Shown here: positions 27,665 to 39,535 of the stretch, one piece after another
Layout: each line of letters begins with the position of its first letter
Numbering within the stretch: the first letter of the stretch is position 1
From: Octopus sinensis
Taxonomy: Eukaryota
Assembly (NCBI RefSeq): GCF_006345805.1
Contig: NC_043000.1
Location: 81,158,001-81,222,000, forward strand
Direction: 5' to 3'
DNA length: 64,000 nt
Position numbers and translations under genes: made by a program
The notes under the pieces: model-generated
The model's database searches: none
What the model saw: the letters and a program-made list of their open reading frames with translations, nothing else
What the model was told of the DNA's origin: nothing

Positions 27665-28615
27665 GTTTCATTTTTATAGCGTACTTTCACTTCACTTCTG
27701 AGTGCAGCTCTGTGTGCCTAGGGTATGTGCTGTGATTTGTTGTGATGCTCTGATGGTTATTGTATTGAAAGTGTTTTGCGTAGGATGTGTGCAGTGCCTA
27801 GTAGTGCAATTTTCTGTATGTTATATGTGTTTGTAAGTCCTGGTTTTTTTGTTATGTATTTCTCTGAATATTTTTTTATCATACCTAGTGCACCTGCTAT
27901 GATAGGGATTGTTTCTGTTTTTAGATTCCACATTCTAGTTACCTCTATTTCCAGGTCTTTGTATTTTGAAAGTTTCTTCATTTCTTTTAGAGATACGTTG
28001 TCATCTGCTGGTATTGATACATCAATTAGAAAGCATTTTTTTTCTTCATGATCTCTGACAACTATATCTGGCCTGTTGGCCTTAATTTCTCTATCTGTGT
28101 GTATTGGCATATCCCAGAGTATGGTTGCTTTCTCGTTTTCTGTGACCTTTTCTGGTGTATGCTTATACCATCTTTTTTCTGTTGTTATTCCATAATGTTG
28201 GCATAGCTTCCAGTGTATGTAGGTCTCAACTCTATCATGTCCGTGAATCTATTCCTTCTTAGCCAGGACTGGGCAGCCAGAGATAATATGATTTATTGTT
28301 TCTTGTCCATATCCACATATTCTGCAGTTACTTGTTATGTTTCTTTTCATCATATGTTTTTGGTAATTTCTAGTTGGGAGGCTTTGGTCTTTTGCTGCAA
28401 TTAAAAATCCTTCCATCTCTGCTTTGAGTCCTGAGCTTCTCAACCATTGCTGGGAATTTTCTTTGTCTATTTCTTTTGCATTTAGTTTAGTCCAGTATTT
28501 GCCATGAAGGGGCTTTTCTTGCCATCGTTTTATCATGGTCCATTGCTGTTCGAGTTTTAATTTGGATTTCATTTGTTTTATAGCTTTTGTTTCTTCTTCT
28601 TTATTACTTTGATTT
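27665..28615 (-). mobile_element. R4/Dong-type non-LTR retrotransposon 3' end (CCHC zinc knuckle plus restriction-like endonuclease)
   Basis: ORFs 28249-28572 and 27757-28110 are in one frame, broken by a single TAG: KPLHG...CRICGYGQETINHIISGC...HDRV...ILWDMPIHTDREIKANRPDIVV...FLIDVSIP...KKLSKYKDL...GALG. A short 3' UTR ends in (AAT)n. Confidence 0.93.
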
Positions 28616-29899
28616 ATATAAAGATATGGTTGTCCTACGAGTCAAATAACCATATATTTAGCTGGTCACATTATAAATGTAAGCCTAGATTTACACCTAA
28701 AATCTGAAAATTTAGCATAAATTTGTTTGTAGAATCCTAGTTTATATATTATTCTGACATATTCTAGCAATATAGTTTATCATATTTTACTCTATTAGTG
28801 ATTAAAAGCAATCTACAAGGTTTAAAGCTCTGACCAGGGGTGTTATATTTCATATTCCAGCAGTAGCTGACATGAATTTTCACTGCTTTGATATCTTTGT
28901 AATAGCAGAAATATTTTGATGGAATTTTTCAACTTGCTCATGAAATACATGGACAAATGGGAAATAAGAATATAGAAAGTGAACTTTTAGTGACATTTTA
29001 CATCTCAAGGATTTATAGTTTTGAAGTAAATTATACACTCATAATTATCTGCACAATTTCTGTCAAGGAAGGCCTAGCATAATTCTTTAAAGGAGTTCCA
29101 GGACATTAAATGCTATCTTATTTAGCAACTGTTATCAGTTTACATGTTTGAGGACCTACAAAAATCTTCAATTTGTTTTAGCACCAGCAGAAATTGGGCA
29201 GTTTGTATTAAACCCTTACATAGATCCTTAATGAACTGCTTGAAAAAGCCTAACTTCATATTAAGAATGTTTTATTCTTATTACCAGTGAGAACATTTGT
29301 TTACATTTAGGACACAACTACAGTAGTGATTTGGTGGCATGCCTGTTTGGGTTACAGAAGATGCATAGTTTCAGTTCTTCTGGCAATTATCCACCTTATT
29401 CCATCTAAGGGTTCTTTAATCCAATATATTCTAAGCTATTGTTTATAGCTGAATTCACTTTGAGATATATCACTAATTAAGACTCATTTACTAACTTAAT
29501 ATGTAATAGAGAAAGGATGACATTTCCTTTAGTTCCCCATGAAGAATGCTCAATATTATAATGACCAGGCTCTGTGACTTGCATTTGAGACCATTTCTTG
29601 TCCATATTAGTGTTCATTATCATCTTGTGATTCTCTTACACATGCAGAGACCAGACTATTCTATTAAGGTGACTATAACTTTAAATTCTGCATGAATATA
29701 TCAATGAGGCTTAACATAATTACTTGGTTCTAGTACAACAGAGAGAGAGTTTTGTAATTTTCTTTTAGACTTATTGAATCCACAATTGGTATTGCTGGCT
29801 AAAATAGATGTAATATGAAGCAGCATGACTTTAATGCTTTACTTTTGTTTTTTTTTATAAGCAGTCGCCAGTTAGAAGCATTGTAATCTACTCAACATT

Positions 29900-29909
<10 letters not shown>

Positions 29910-29965
<56 letters not shown>

Positions 29966-31260
29966 TTAACGTCTGTTCTCCTTGCTGGCATGGGTTGGAC
30001 AGCTTGACTGGACTGGCACACTGGAAGGCTGCACCAGGCTCCAGTCTGGTTCGGCATGGTTCTCTTTGGCAGGATGCCCTTCTTAATGTCAACCACTCTG
30101 AGAGTGAAAAGGGTGTTTTTACATGCCACCAGCATGAATGCCATTTGTGTGACACTGGTATCTGCCATGACTGCAATTTTGCTCGGCTTGGTGGGTCTTC
30201 TTCTCAAGCATGGCATAATGCCAAAGGTCCTGGTCATTGTCTCTATGAGGCCCAACACTTGAACAGAACTCAACCACTCTGCCTCCATGAGGCCCAACGC
30301 TCGAAAGGAACACAGCCACTTTGCCTCTGTCAGGCCCAACACTTGAAAGGAACTCAGCTTTGCCTCCATGAGGGCCAATGTTCAAAGGTTGATTTTTTTA
30401 CATACCACCAGCACAAGTGCACTTGACTTGAGGGGTCCTCTTAAGCAGAGCACACCGCCAAAGGTTTTGGTCATTAGTCATTGCCTCTGTGAGGTTCAAA
30501 GTTCAAAGAGCATACTTCACCACCTCGTCCCATGTCTTCCTGCATTTACCTCTACCACAGGTTCCCTCCATAGTTAGAGATTGGCACTTCTTTACACAGC
30601 TGTCCTCATCCATACACATCACATGACCATACTAGCACAGTCGTCTCTCTTGCACAACACATCTGATTCCTCTTATGCATAAGTTTTCTCTCAAGATGCT
30701 ATACTGTGTTGAACATGCACACTGACATTGCATATCCAGTGCTTCATTTCTCTCAAGCCTATGCATGTCCTCAGCTGTTATAGCTCATGTTTCACTGCCA
30801 TACAGCATAGCTGTTCGCACCCAGGTATCAAAAAATCCTCTGTTGCCAGCAGAAGTAGGAGCTCTCTGAACCTTGCCCAACCTAATTGTATTCTCACAGT
30901 TATGCTCTCAGAACATCCAGATACCAGAAGCTATCTACTACCTCTAGCTTGCCCCCCTTGGCAGTTGATGAAGTCTATTTTCCACACATGTGCAGCATTT
31001 ATTATGCCTGTGTACCTTCCACATACAAAAGTTAGTTTCTTGGTTAACCTTCCTTTGATGTTGCTGCACCTTTTGTGTGTCCAAAGCTTACAGTGGGTGT
31101 ATCTTATGGAGTTCCTCTCTACACCATTTCTACAGATTGAGCCAGGCCATCTACTTGAGGGGATGTGTGATTTGTCTGCCTTCCTATTAACTATGACTTT
31201 GGTTTTTGCTAGATCCTTTGATTTTATACCTTGTTTCCATACCTAGAACTTCTTCTCTAG
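29910..31260 (-). mobile_element. RTE LINE fragment (PHD-bearing family) with rearranged 3' end
   Basis: Minus translation VWKQGIKSKDLAKTKV...SRWPGSICRNGVERNSIRYTHCKLWTHKRCSNIKGRLTKKLTFVCGRY. Colinear with 33.9-34.8 kb; shares the ggatgcccttc tail and a (GAT)n end. Confidence 0.9.
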
Positions 31261-32585
31261 CTCAGGTAGTGATTCAGCTACTCCTACACAATAAAACAGT
31301 CCAGGAACATTGAAAGAGAAGCATGATTTTAAGAAACTGTGGAAACACAGATATTACATTCTTTGATGGCATTGTGGCTACTTTAGTCTTTGCTGCCAAT
31401 AAGATCATTTGTTCCTAGAAAAATGCTAGGAATTCATTGACCCAGTTTAAAGCAGATGAAAGATCATTTAAAACCTATTGTCTGATGAAATAGAACCTCT
31501 CCTAAGATTCATGATATCACTCAACCTCACTACCTACATTTTCTCAATGATTTTTAGGAAGAGATGAAAGTGGTTTATGCACCAATAGATTAGCAAAATA
31601 TTATACAGCTTGAATAACAAGAAGGTAAATTTGTGCAAGAGATACTTTCCTTGGTTCTGGGTATGTGTGTGTCTGTCATTTTATTTATTTTGTTTGGGCA
31701 GAAACAGTTTGTTCTGTGATACGTTTATTGGCTCCAAATCATAAAAACAGTAAACTCCAGATATTTTTCCACTTAAAAACCTCTTTTTTAAGGTGATTAG
31801 TTTTGTTCAAAGAACAAACATATGCCACCCATATGGTGTCCTGGCACACTCAAAATAAACATAAATATTTTTAACCATTGTTCATGGTTTGTGCATGCTC
31901 ACCATTCTCTGCTTTTGCTTCTGTCCTCATCTCTACTATCAGTCACTTACTTTCACACTCTCATGAATCTGCATACCCATCTTACCTTCCCTGATTCTCT
32001 GCCTCTATTCTTTCTGTCCACCTTGAACCTTAAGAGCATTACCTGACGCCTTATCTTCACCATACTTTCACCCTTTTCTGCTAGGGTAACCATGTCTCTC
32101 CTATAGCAAGATATTTGTTCCGCTCTTTCTTTCCTATTTTAGCCTCTCACCTGACACAGAACACCCAATACACCCTCTAAAGTGGTTGATGTTTGGAAAG
32201 GCATCTAGCCACAGAAACCTTGCCAAAAGTAGACATTGGAGATCAGCACAGCTTTCAGGCTAATTGGATCTAGTTAAACCATTCGGCTTGTGCCAGCTTG
32301 TTATGGTTGTTCGATAATGATGACATTATCTACATGTGTACATTTATATATATATATATACAATAAGCTTTATTCAGTTTCTGGTTACCAGATCTACTTG
32401 TAAGGCTGCATTCATTACAATTTGTAGAGGATGTGATTTTTTATTGAAACTAAAGCTGAGAGTTTGTTTTGAGTGAAACTTGAGTTATGACAAAACTCAC
32501 AGCTTCGGTTTTAATAAAAGAAAAAACCCACATCCTATACAATGTTTTGAGCACTACTTTCTCATTTGTGTGACATAAAGCAATA

Positions 32586-32665
<80 letters not shown>

Positions 32666-33059
32666 TGTGTGTGATGATTGATAATTATTTATTAATTACA
32701 AAATTAATGGACATCATCTCTGACAGTTGTTTTGATTCAAAAACTTCAGAAATTAATTAATATAATTAAAAACATTATAAAGTTGAATTTCATCAGTGGG
32801 AGAGAGATGTACCACTACACTTTCATACTATTGTGTGTTGAGTGAACAGAGAAAATCCATAATAATAATTGTTTTATAGATGATAATTGTTTTATAGATG
32901 ATATTAACCTTTCAAAGCCGGGGGAAGGTAGAATATTTATTGAATAATTCTCTAAATATACTATCCTCCCCACTTTTGTAAGGTTAATACCATCTTCTTT
33001 CTATAAAACAATTATCAGTTAGTGGATTTGCTCCATACACTCAACACACAATCTCTTGC

Positions 33060-35392
33060 ACTAAATGAGGCTGCAAAGAGAGAGGTTTGGAGACGCCACT
33101 ATGAAAGGTTGCTCAATAAAGAAAATGAATGGGAGAAAGAGAATCTGCCAAATGTCGACCCAACAGAGGGAGCAGCTATCTGAGTTGACAGTTCCTTGGT
33201 AGATAAAGCAATTAAGAGTATGAAGACAGGGGAACCCTCTGGCTTATCAGGAATTACTGCAGAGATGCTCAAAATATCTAGCAGTGTCGGCTATAGCCTA
33301 GTCACCCGTATAGTTAACCAGGTGATACATGAAGGAGTCATACCCAATGACTGGTGTAGCAGCATAATAGTCAACTGCTACAAAGGTAAAGGTGATGCTT
33401 TAGATACAAATAATTACAGAGGTATCAAGTTGTTGGATCAGGTAATGAAGGTTACGGAGAGGGTCATAGCCCAACTAATTAGGGAGAGAGTCAGTTTAGA
33501 TAAGATGCAGTTTGGGTTCGTGCCAGGGAAAAGCACCACTGATGCTATATTTCTGGTAAGACAGCTGCAGGAGAAATACCTAGTCAAAGATAAACCTCTG
33601 TACCTGGCTTTCGTTGACATGAAGAAAGCCTTTGATAGGGTCCCCTGATCCCTTATCTGGGATGCTAGGGATAGATGAATGGTTAGTGAGAGCTGTGAAA
33701 GCTATGTACAGGGATGCTGTCAATAAGGTGAGGGTTAGCAACAAGTACAGGGAAGAATTCCGGGTAGAGGTAGGGGTCCACCAAGGTTCAGTCTTCAGTC
33801 CCCTCCTATTTATCATAGTCCTCCAGGCAATAATGGAGTAATTCAGACAGGATGCCCCTGGGAGCTCCTCTATGCTGACAACCTTGCTCTAATTGCTGAG
33901 TCCCTATCAGAACTAGAGGTGAAGTTTCAAGTGTGGAAACAAGGATTAGAATCGAAGGGCCTTAGAGTCAACCTAGCTAAAACCAAAGTCCTAATAATTA
34001 GGAAGGCAGGTAAACCACAAATCCCTTTAGGTTGATGACCCTGCTCAATCTGTAAAAAAGGCATAGGTAGAAACTCTATAAGATGTACCCAGTGTAAGCT
34101 ATGAACACATAAGAGGTGCAGCAATATCAAAGGAAGGCTAACTCGGAAGATAGTTTTTGTATGTGGCAGATGCTCAGGAGCAATAAACACTGAAAATGTG
34201 CAGAGAACAACTTCTGCCACATTCCAGGAAGAAAAACTAGAAGTAGTTGATAGCTTCCATTACCTAGGTGACTAAGTCAGTTGTGGGGAAGGGTGCGCTG
34301 AAAGTGTAGCTGCTAGAATAAGAATAGCCTGGGCTAAGTTCAGAGAGCTCTTACCTCTGCTGGTGACAAAGGGCCTCTTGCTCAGAGTAAAAGTTAAACT
34401 GTATGACGCATGTGTATGAACAGCCATGCTACATGGCAGTGAAACATGGGCCATGACTGCTGAAGATATGCATAAGCTTGCAAGGAATAAAGCCAGTATG
34501 CACTGATGGATGTGTAATGACAGTGTGCATACTCAACAGTGTTTAGTACCTTGAGAGAAAAGTTGAACCTAAGAAGCATTGGATGTGGTGTGCAAGAGAG
34601 ACGATTGCACTGGTATGGATGGCCATGTGGCAAGAATGGATGTGGATAACTGGGTGAAAAAGTGCTACACCATAGCAGTTGAGGGAACCTGTGGAAGAAG
34701 TAGACCCAGGAAGACCTGGGATGAGGTGGTGAAGCATGGCCTTCGAATATTGGGCCTCACTGAGGTAATGACTAGTGACCGGGACCTTTGGAAATATACT
34801 GTGCTTGAGAAGACTCGGCAAGCTCAAGTGAGACCATAACCTTGTGGCCTATGCCAGGGGTGTAACCAGCCCACTTATGTGTACCTTTCCTTCGTTGGAC
34901 ACTAAACTCTGTTTGCAAAGACCTGTTGAGGCAAGTGAAATCGAAATTGAAATCAAATTCAATGACTGGCATCCAAGCTAGTGGAGCACTGAAAGTACCA
35001 TAAGAGCGTGAATGTTGACAGCACGTAAAAAGCACCATTCTAGCGTGATCATTACCTGCATCACGTTATTGGCACTTGTGCTGGTGGCATGTGAAAAAAC
35101 ATTGGAGCGAGGTTGTTGCCAGTGCCACTGGACTGGCTCCTGTGCAGGTGGCACACAAAAAGCACCATTTGAGCGTGGCCATTGCCAGTACCACCTGACT
35201 GGCCTTCGTGCCGGTGGCACGTAAAAGCACCCACTGCACTCTTGGAGTGGTTGGCGTTAGGAAGGGCATCCAGCAGTAGAAACTCTGCTAGATCAGATTG
35301 GAGTCTGGTGCAGCCATCTAGTTTGCCAGACCTCAATCAAATCGTCCAACCCATGCTAGCATGGAAAGCGGATATTAAACGATGATGATGAT
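33060..35392 (+). mobile_element. 5'-truncated, disabled RTE-clade LINE (RT, C-terminal region, structured 3' UTR, (GAT)n tail)
   Basis: Manual translation across stops and frameshifts: REVWRRHYERLLNKENEW...VDKAIKSMKTG...GITAEMLK...YKGKGDALDTNNYRGIKLL...QFGFVPGKSTTDAIF...FVDMKKAFDRVP...GVHQGSVFSPLLF...WELLYADNL (33871)...GLRVNLAKTKV...LEVVDSFHYLGD...LHGSETW...GHVARMD...RPRKTWDEVV...LGLTEVMTSDRDLW. These are canonical RTE RT and C-terminal motifs. The copy ends in gatgatgatg. Confidence 0.95.
34042..34173 (+). other. C4HC3 PHD-type zinc finger encoded in-frame inside the RTE reverse transcriptase
   Basis: CSICKKGIGRNSIRCTQCKL*THKRCSNIKGRLTRKIVFVCGRC gives C-x2-C-x10-C-x2-C-x4-H-x2-C-x14-C-x2-C. 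The TGA corresponds to W in the copy at ~31.1 kb (KLWTHKRC). Confidence 0.85.
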
Positions 35393-35659
35393 ATATACTG
35401 TCTTCCTTGACCAACTACCACTTCTCATTCATATATTTCGGTTTTGGCTTTCTATCACTGGATGCCTTTCCCATTACAAGTACTCTACGCACACTTGCAC
35501 CCCCGCCCCACCCCAACACACACACTCATGGGTTGATTGGTTTTCCTTCGGTCTAAATTCTTATTCAGAATTAGTGCGTTTCTAGGTGGATCAAAGCACT
35601 ATGTCTTACCTGTTTTCTCAACTGGATGACTTTCTTAGCATCAACTACTTTACACAGGG

Positions 35660-36010
35660 TACTGGATGCATTTTATCATGACTCTAGCTCAAGAGATGTT
35701 GTCTTATCCTCAGGTCCTTTCAACTCTTTACTTTTATACATAGGCCCCAGCAGATTTATTGTGGTACCAATACAAGAAAGGTCATCATATCTTCAACAAG
35801 ACTAAAGGGTCCTTTTGATTCCTTACCTTACACTATAACTCCAGCAGATTTATAGTGACACCAATACTAAAGAAGTTGTCATATTATCAACAAGACTAAA
35901 GGGTCCTCTCAGCTTTATATTTTATTCATTGGCTGCAGTGGATTTCTTGTGGCACCAGCACTAGAGAGGTGGCCATATCCTGAACAAGAGTAATGAGCCT
36001 TCTCAACCCC
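35660..36010. repeat. Degenerate ~94-bp tandem array related to the RTE-tail motif
   Basis: ccagcagattta..gtg..accaatac...caacaagactaaagggtcc near 35747 and 35841; a third, degenerate unit near 35935. Confidence 0.7.
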
Positions 36011-36529
36011 ACACTTTACACAGGGTCCCCAAGGCTACATCTTCCAACTTCCAAATATTTCTCATGGCTAATGTTATTGCATTTATCTTCTATGATTATT
36101 GCATTTTTTTTTTACTTTTAAATACACCTCCCCCCCCCCCCAGTCTGTTTGTTGCCTACAGTTTGCATAGATAATCACAGTTAATGCATTAATCGAACTT
36201 TTTCATGAGACCCCCCCCCCCACACACACACACATAAGCACACAGCACAAACATACACAGCTCTCATTATCTGTCTGGTTCTCTCGGCACCACCACATTT
36301 CAGTTGTCCCTTTATGTCCTCTTTATTTTTTGGGTATCACTTGTCTCTCTCCACCATCTCCACTGACACTGAATCAAATCAATGTCTCTTTTAATTCTTT
36401 CTATGTCTGTCTCTCTTTCTTTCTCTTTGTCTTTCTCCCTCAATGACCCTCTTTCTGAATTCCACTCACATCTTTCCCACCATATCCCTCTTTGTCGGCT
36501 CTGTAGCCTCCTCAAAATGTCACACATAC

Positions 36530-36572
<43 letters not shown>

Positions 36573-36956
36573 ACACACACACACACACACACCACACACA
36601 CAGAGTCTCACTCTCCTTGTTACTCATTCACCAAATCCTAACAGTTACCAGATTTAGGCGTTCACATTCACACCCTCACCACCATCATCATCATCACTGT
36701 TTCCTATATCTCACCCACTTACAGTATGAATGTATGTGTATGTGTTTTATTTCTGGCAAAGTTCCTGTCATCTTCCACTCACCCACTAGCTCTGCTGGTT
36801 TCTCTTTTGTACTGGAGACAATTCTCATCTTTTCATACATGTGTATGAATGTATGTATGTATGTTTGTTCGTATATAATAATATAAATAATATTTATATG
36901 TACATGTATGTATGTATGTATTTTTGTGAATATGTGTGTTTTTATATATGTGTGCG

Positions 36957-36996
<40 letters not shown>

Positions 36997-37047
36997 TTAT
37001 CGCCATACTAATATGGCATTAGAGAGACTTAGTAATTTTAATATTTC

Positions 37048-37086
<39 letters not shown>

Positions 37087-37649
37087 TGGTACTTTCACCA
37101 AATGTCTAGTACTGTAGCCCTGGGCTGACCAAAGCCTTGTGAGTGGAATTGGTAGATAGCATGGGTTGGATGGTTTGACAAGGATGGTTTGATGGGGGCC
37201 AAGGACTATATCATGCTCCAGTGTCTGCTTTGGCATGGTTTCTATGTCTGGATGCTCTTCCTAACACTAACAACTTTACAATTAGTACTGGGTGCTTTTA
37301 TCATGTTGCTGGCACTGAGGCTACTATGCAGCTTGCAAGCCTACAAAACCCAATGAGGGTGTAGTACATCCTTATATTAGACGGAGGTTAAAGTGTAAGA
37401 GAAGTTGTGATAGAGTAGGACCTTATAGATTAACTATACGTCATTTAGGAGATAGAGTGAGAATGAACTGGTAGTATATCCAATGAGATAAATGTGGTAA
37501 TGAGAGGCACGAGGAGAGTAGTGCAGTTTGCAGGAGTTTATGAGGGGGAAGAGATAAGGGAAATGGAAAAGTGGTTGGTAGGTAATATCAATAAAGATTG
37601 GGAAGGGTTGATGATATAAATTACTAGCTTAAAAGCCAAACTCCATGTG

Positions 37650-38040
37650 GACTTTCATTGTCAGTTTGTGAGAAGGCATTCCAGAAGGAGCCAAATAGTT
37701 AAGAAACTCAGTTGGATAATTGACAGCTTCATTGGGGTCCACAAGAGTATCAACTGAGAAATAAGTTTTTTCCTCAGTATTGATTGATTGCTTAAGTTTC
37801 CATTTGACAACCTGAACAGGTTCATTCTTTGGTGCAAGTTTGGCTTTTTCTCAAAGCCAATCATGAGCTTGAAAATTACATCCAATGTTTGAGTGAACTT
37901 TGGTAATCAACTCTTCTACAGTTTTGACTAAAATGCCACAGCCATTTGGAAAAGTGATGCTTCCAGTACTGTCTTGCTGAATGTTTCCATTCAAAGTTTC
38001 TCAGATTGAGTAGCTGAGCTGCAAATCTTCCAGCATCCAA
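37650..38040 (-). mobile_element. Helitron RepHel PIF1-like helicase remnant
   Basis: Minus DAGRFAAQLLNL [frameshift] NGNI...VKTVEELITKVHSNI...HDWL*EKAKLAPKNEPV...TYFSVDTLVDPNEAVNYPTEFLNYLAPSGMPSHKLTMKV matches the Helitron WL.ERAILAPKN and YP.EFLN.L.PSG.P.H.L.LK motifs. Confidence 0.88.
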
Positions 38041-38083
38041 ATCTCAGAATAAACTGACTCTGCCAAAGGTCCTACCTGGCCGG

Positions 38084-38160
38084 AAGTCTGATCAGACTGA
38101 AAGTTTGATCTGGTTAAAAGTCTGATTTGGGTCAAAAGTCTGATTTGGGCTGAAAGATCA
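38084..38160. repeat. 17-18-bp minisatellite (about 4 units)
   Basis: aagtctgatcagactga / aagtttgatctggttaa / aagtctgatttgggtcaa / aagtctgatttgggctga. Confidence 0.75.
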
Positions 38161-38429
38161 AGTTCTTTAATATTTCCTTCCAAGCTCTTCAATTCACAAA
38201 TTCTATGGAACCTCAAAGCCTCATGAACATGGAGCCTCTCATTCTAACTCAATCCAATTTTAAATGAACTGAAAGTTATAGCATTACTGTAAATCCAGTT
38301 TAGAGGAAAAACTTGTAAATGCATGAAAAAATAAGCACTGGAGTCAATTCATTTGACTAAGATTCTTCCATTTGGTGCCAGTGTAACAAGTAAAAGGTAA
38401 AAATGCGTGTGTGTGTGTGTGTGTGTGTA

Positions 38430-39535
38430 TATATATCATCATCATTATCATCACCATCATTATCATCATCATCATCATTTAACGTCCATTATCCATGCTG
38501 GCATAGGTTGAACGGTTTGACCAGGCTGGTATGCTGGAAGGTTGCACATGACTCCAGTCTGATTTGGCATGGTTTTCTATGGCTGGATGCCCTTCCTAAT
38601 GCCAGTCACTCTGAGTGTGTAACAGGTGCTTTTACATGCCACCAGCTTAGGTGCCAATTTGCGTGACATGAGTATCTGTCACGACTACGATTTTGCTTGG
38701 CTTGATAGGTCCTCTTCTCAAGTGTGACATAATACCAAAGATCTCAGTCATTGCCTGTGTGAGGCCAAACGCTCAAAAGGAACTCAGCTGCTTTGCCTGT
38801 GTGAGGCCCAATGCTCAAAGGAACTCAGTCACTATGCTTCTGTGAAGCCCAAAACTCAAAAGGAACTCAGCCAATTTGCCTGTGAAGCCCAATGCTTGAA
38901 AGGTGTTCCTTATATACCACGGGTGCACTTGGCTTGAGGGGTCCTCTTAAGCACAGCATATCACCAAAGGTCTTGGTCATTAGTTATTGCCTCTGTGAGG
39001 CTCAAAGATCAAAGATCATGCTTCACCACTTTGTCCTATGTCTTCCTGGGTTTACTTCTACCATAGGTTCCCTCGACAGTTAGAGACTGGCACTTCTTTA
39101 CACAGCTGTCCTTGTCCATACACATCACATGACCATACCAGCATAGTTGTCTCTCTTACACACCACATCTGATGCTTAACTTTTTCTTATGCTTAACTTT
39201 TCTCTCAAGATGCGTACACTCTGTCGAACATGCACACTGCCATTGCACATCCAGTGAAGCATACTGGCTTCATTTCTTTCAAGCCTATTCACTGGTATGC
39301 AGCATAGCTGTTCAAACACAGGCATCAATCAGCCTTTCACTCTGAGAGAGAAGCCCTTTGGTACTAGCAGGGGTAGGAGCTCTCTGAACTTTGCCAATCC
39401 TAATCTTATTCACACAGCTATGCTCTCGGAGCATCCACCTCCACTACTAACACTGTCACCCAGATACCAGAAGCTATCTACTGCCTCTAGCTTGCCCCCC
39501 AATGGCAGTTGATGGAGTCTGTTTTCTGCCCATTT
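38430..39535 (-). mobile_element. RTE LINE fragment with the same rearranged 3' end as 29.9-31.3 kb
   Basis: Colinear with 30.0-30.97 kb (e.g. gttagagactggcacttctttacacagctgtcc). Has four ~42-bp repeats at 38750-38900 and the RTE tail. Confidence 0.9.

Noticed and set aside
30728-31246. 172-aa ORF, the longest in the track
   Set aside because: Antisense frame of the RTE fragment.
31558-31625. AG...GT bounded segment GAAGAGATG...CAAGAAG
   Set aside because: Stops in all three frames; cannot be supported as coding, and there is no evidence for a non-coding exon.
34960-35260. Repeats with spacers resembling a CRISPR array
   Set aside because: Eukaryotic LINE 3' UTR; the 'spacers' are homologous to each other and there are no cas genes.
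37661-37885. ORF MDVIFKLMIGFEKKP...
   Set aside because: Wrong frame; the meaningful reading is the interrupted Helitron helicase frame.
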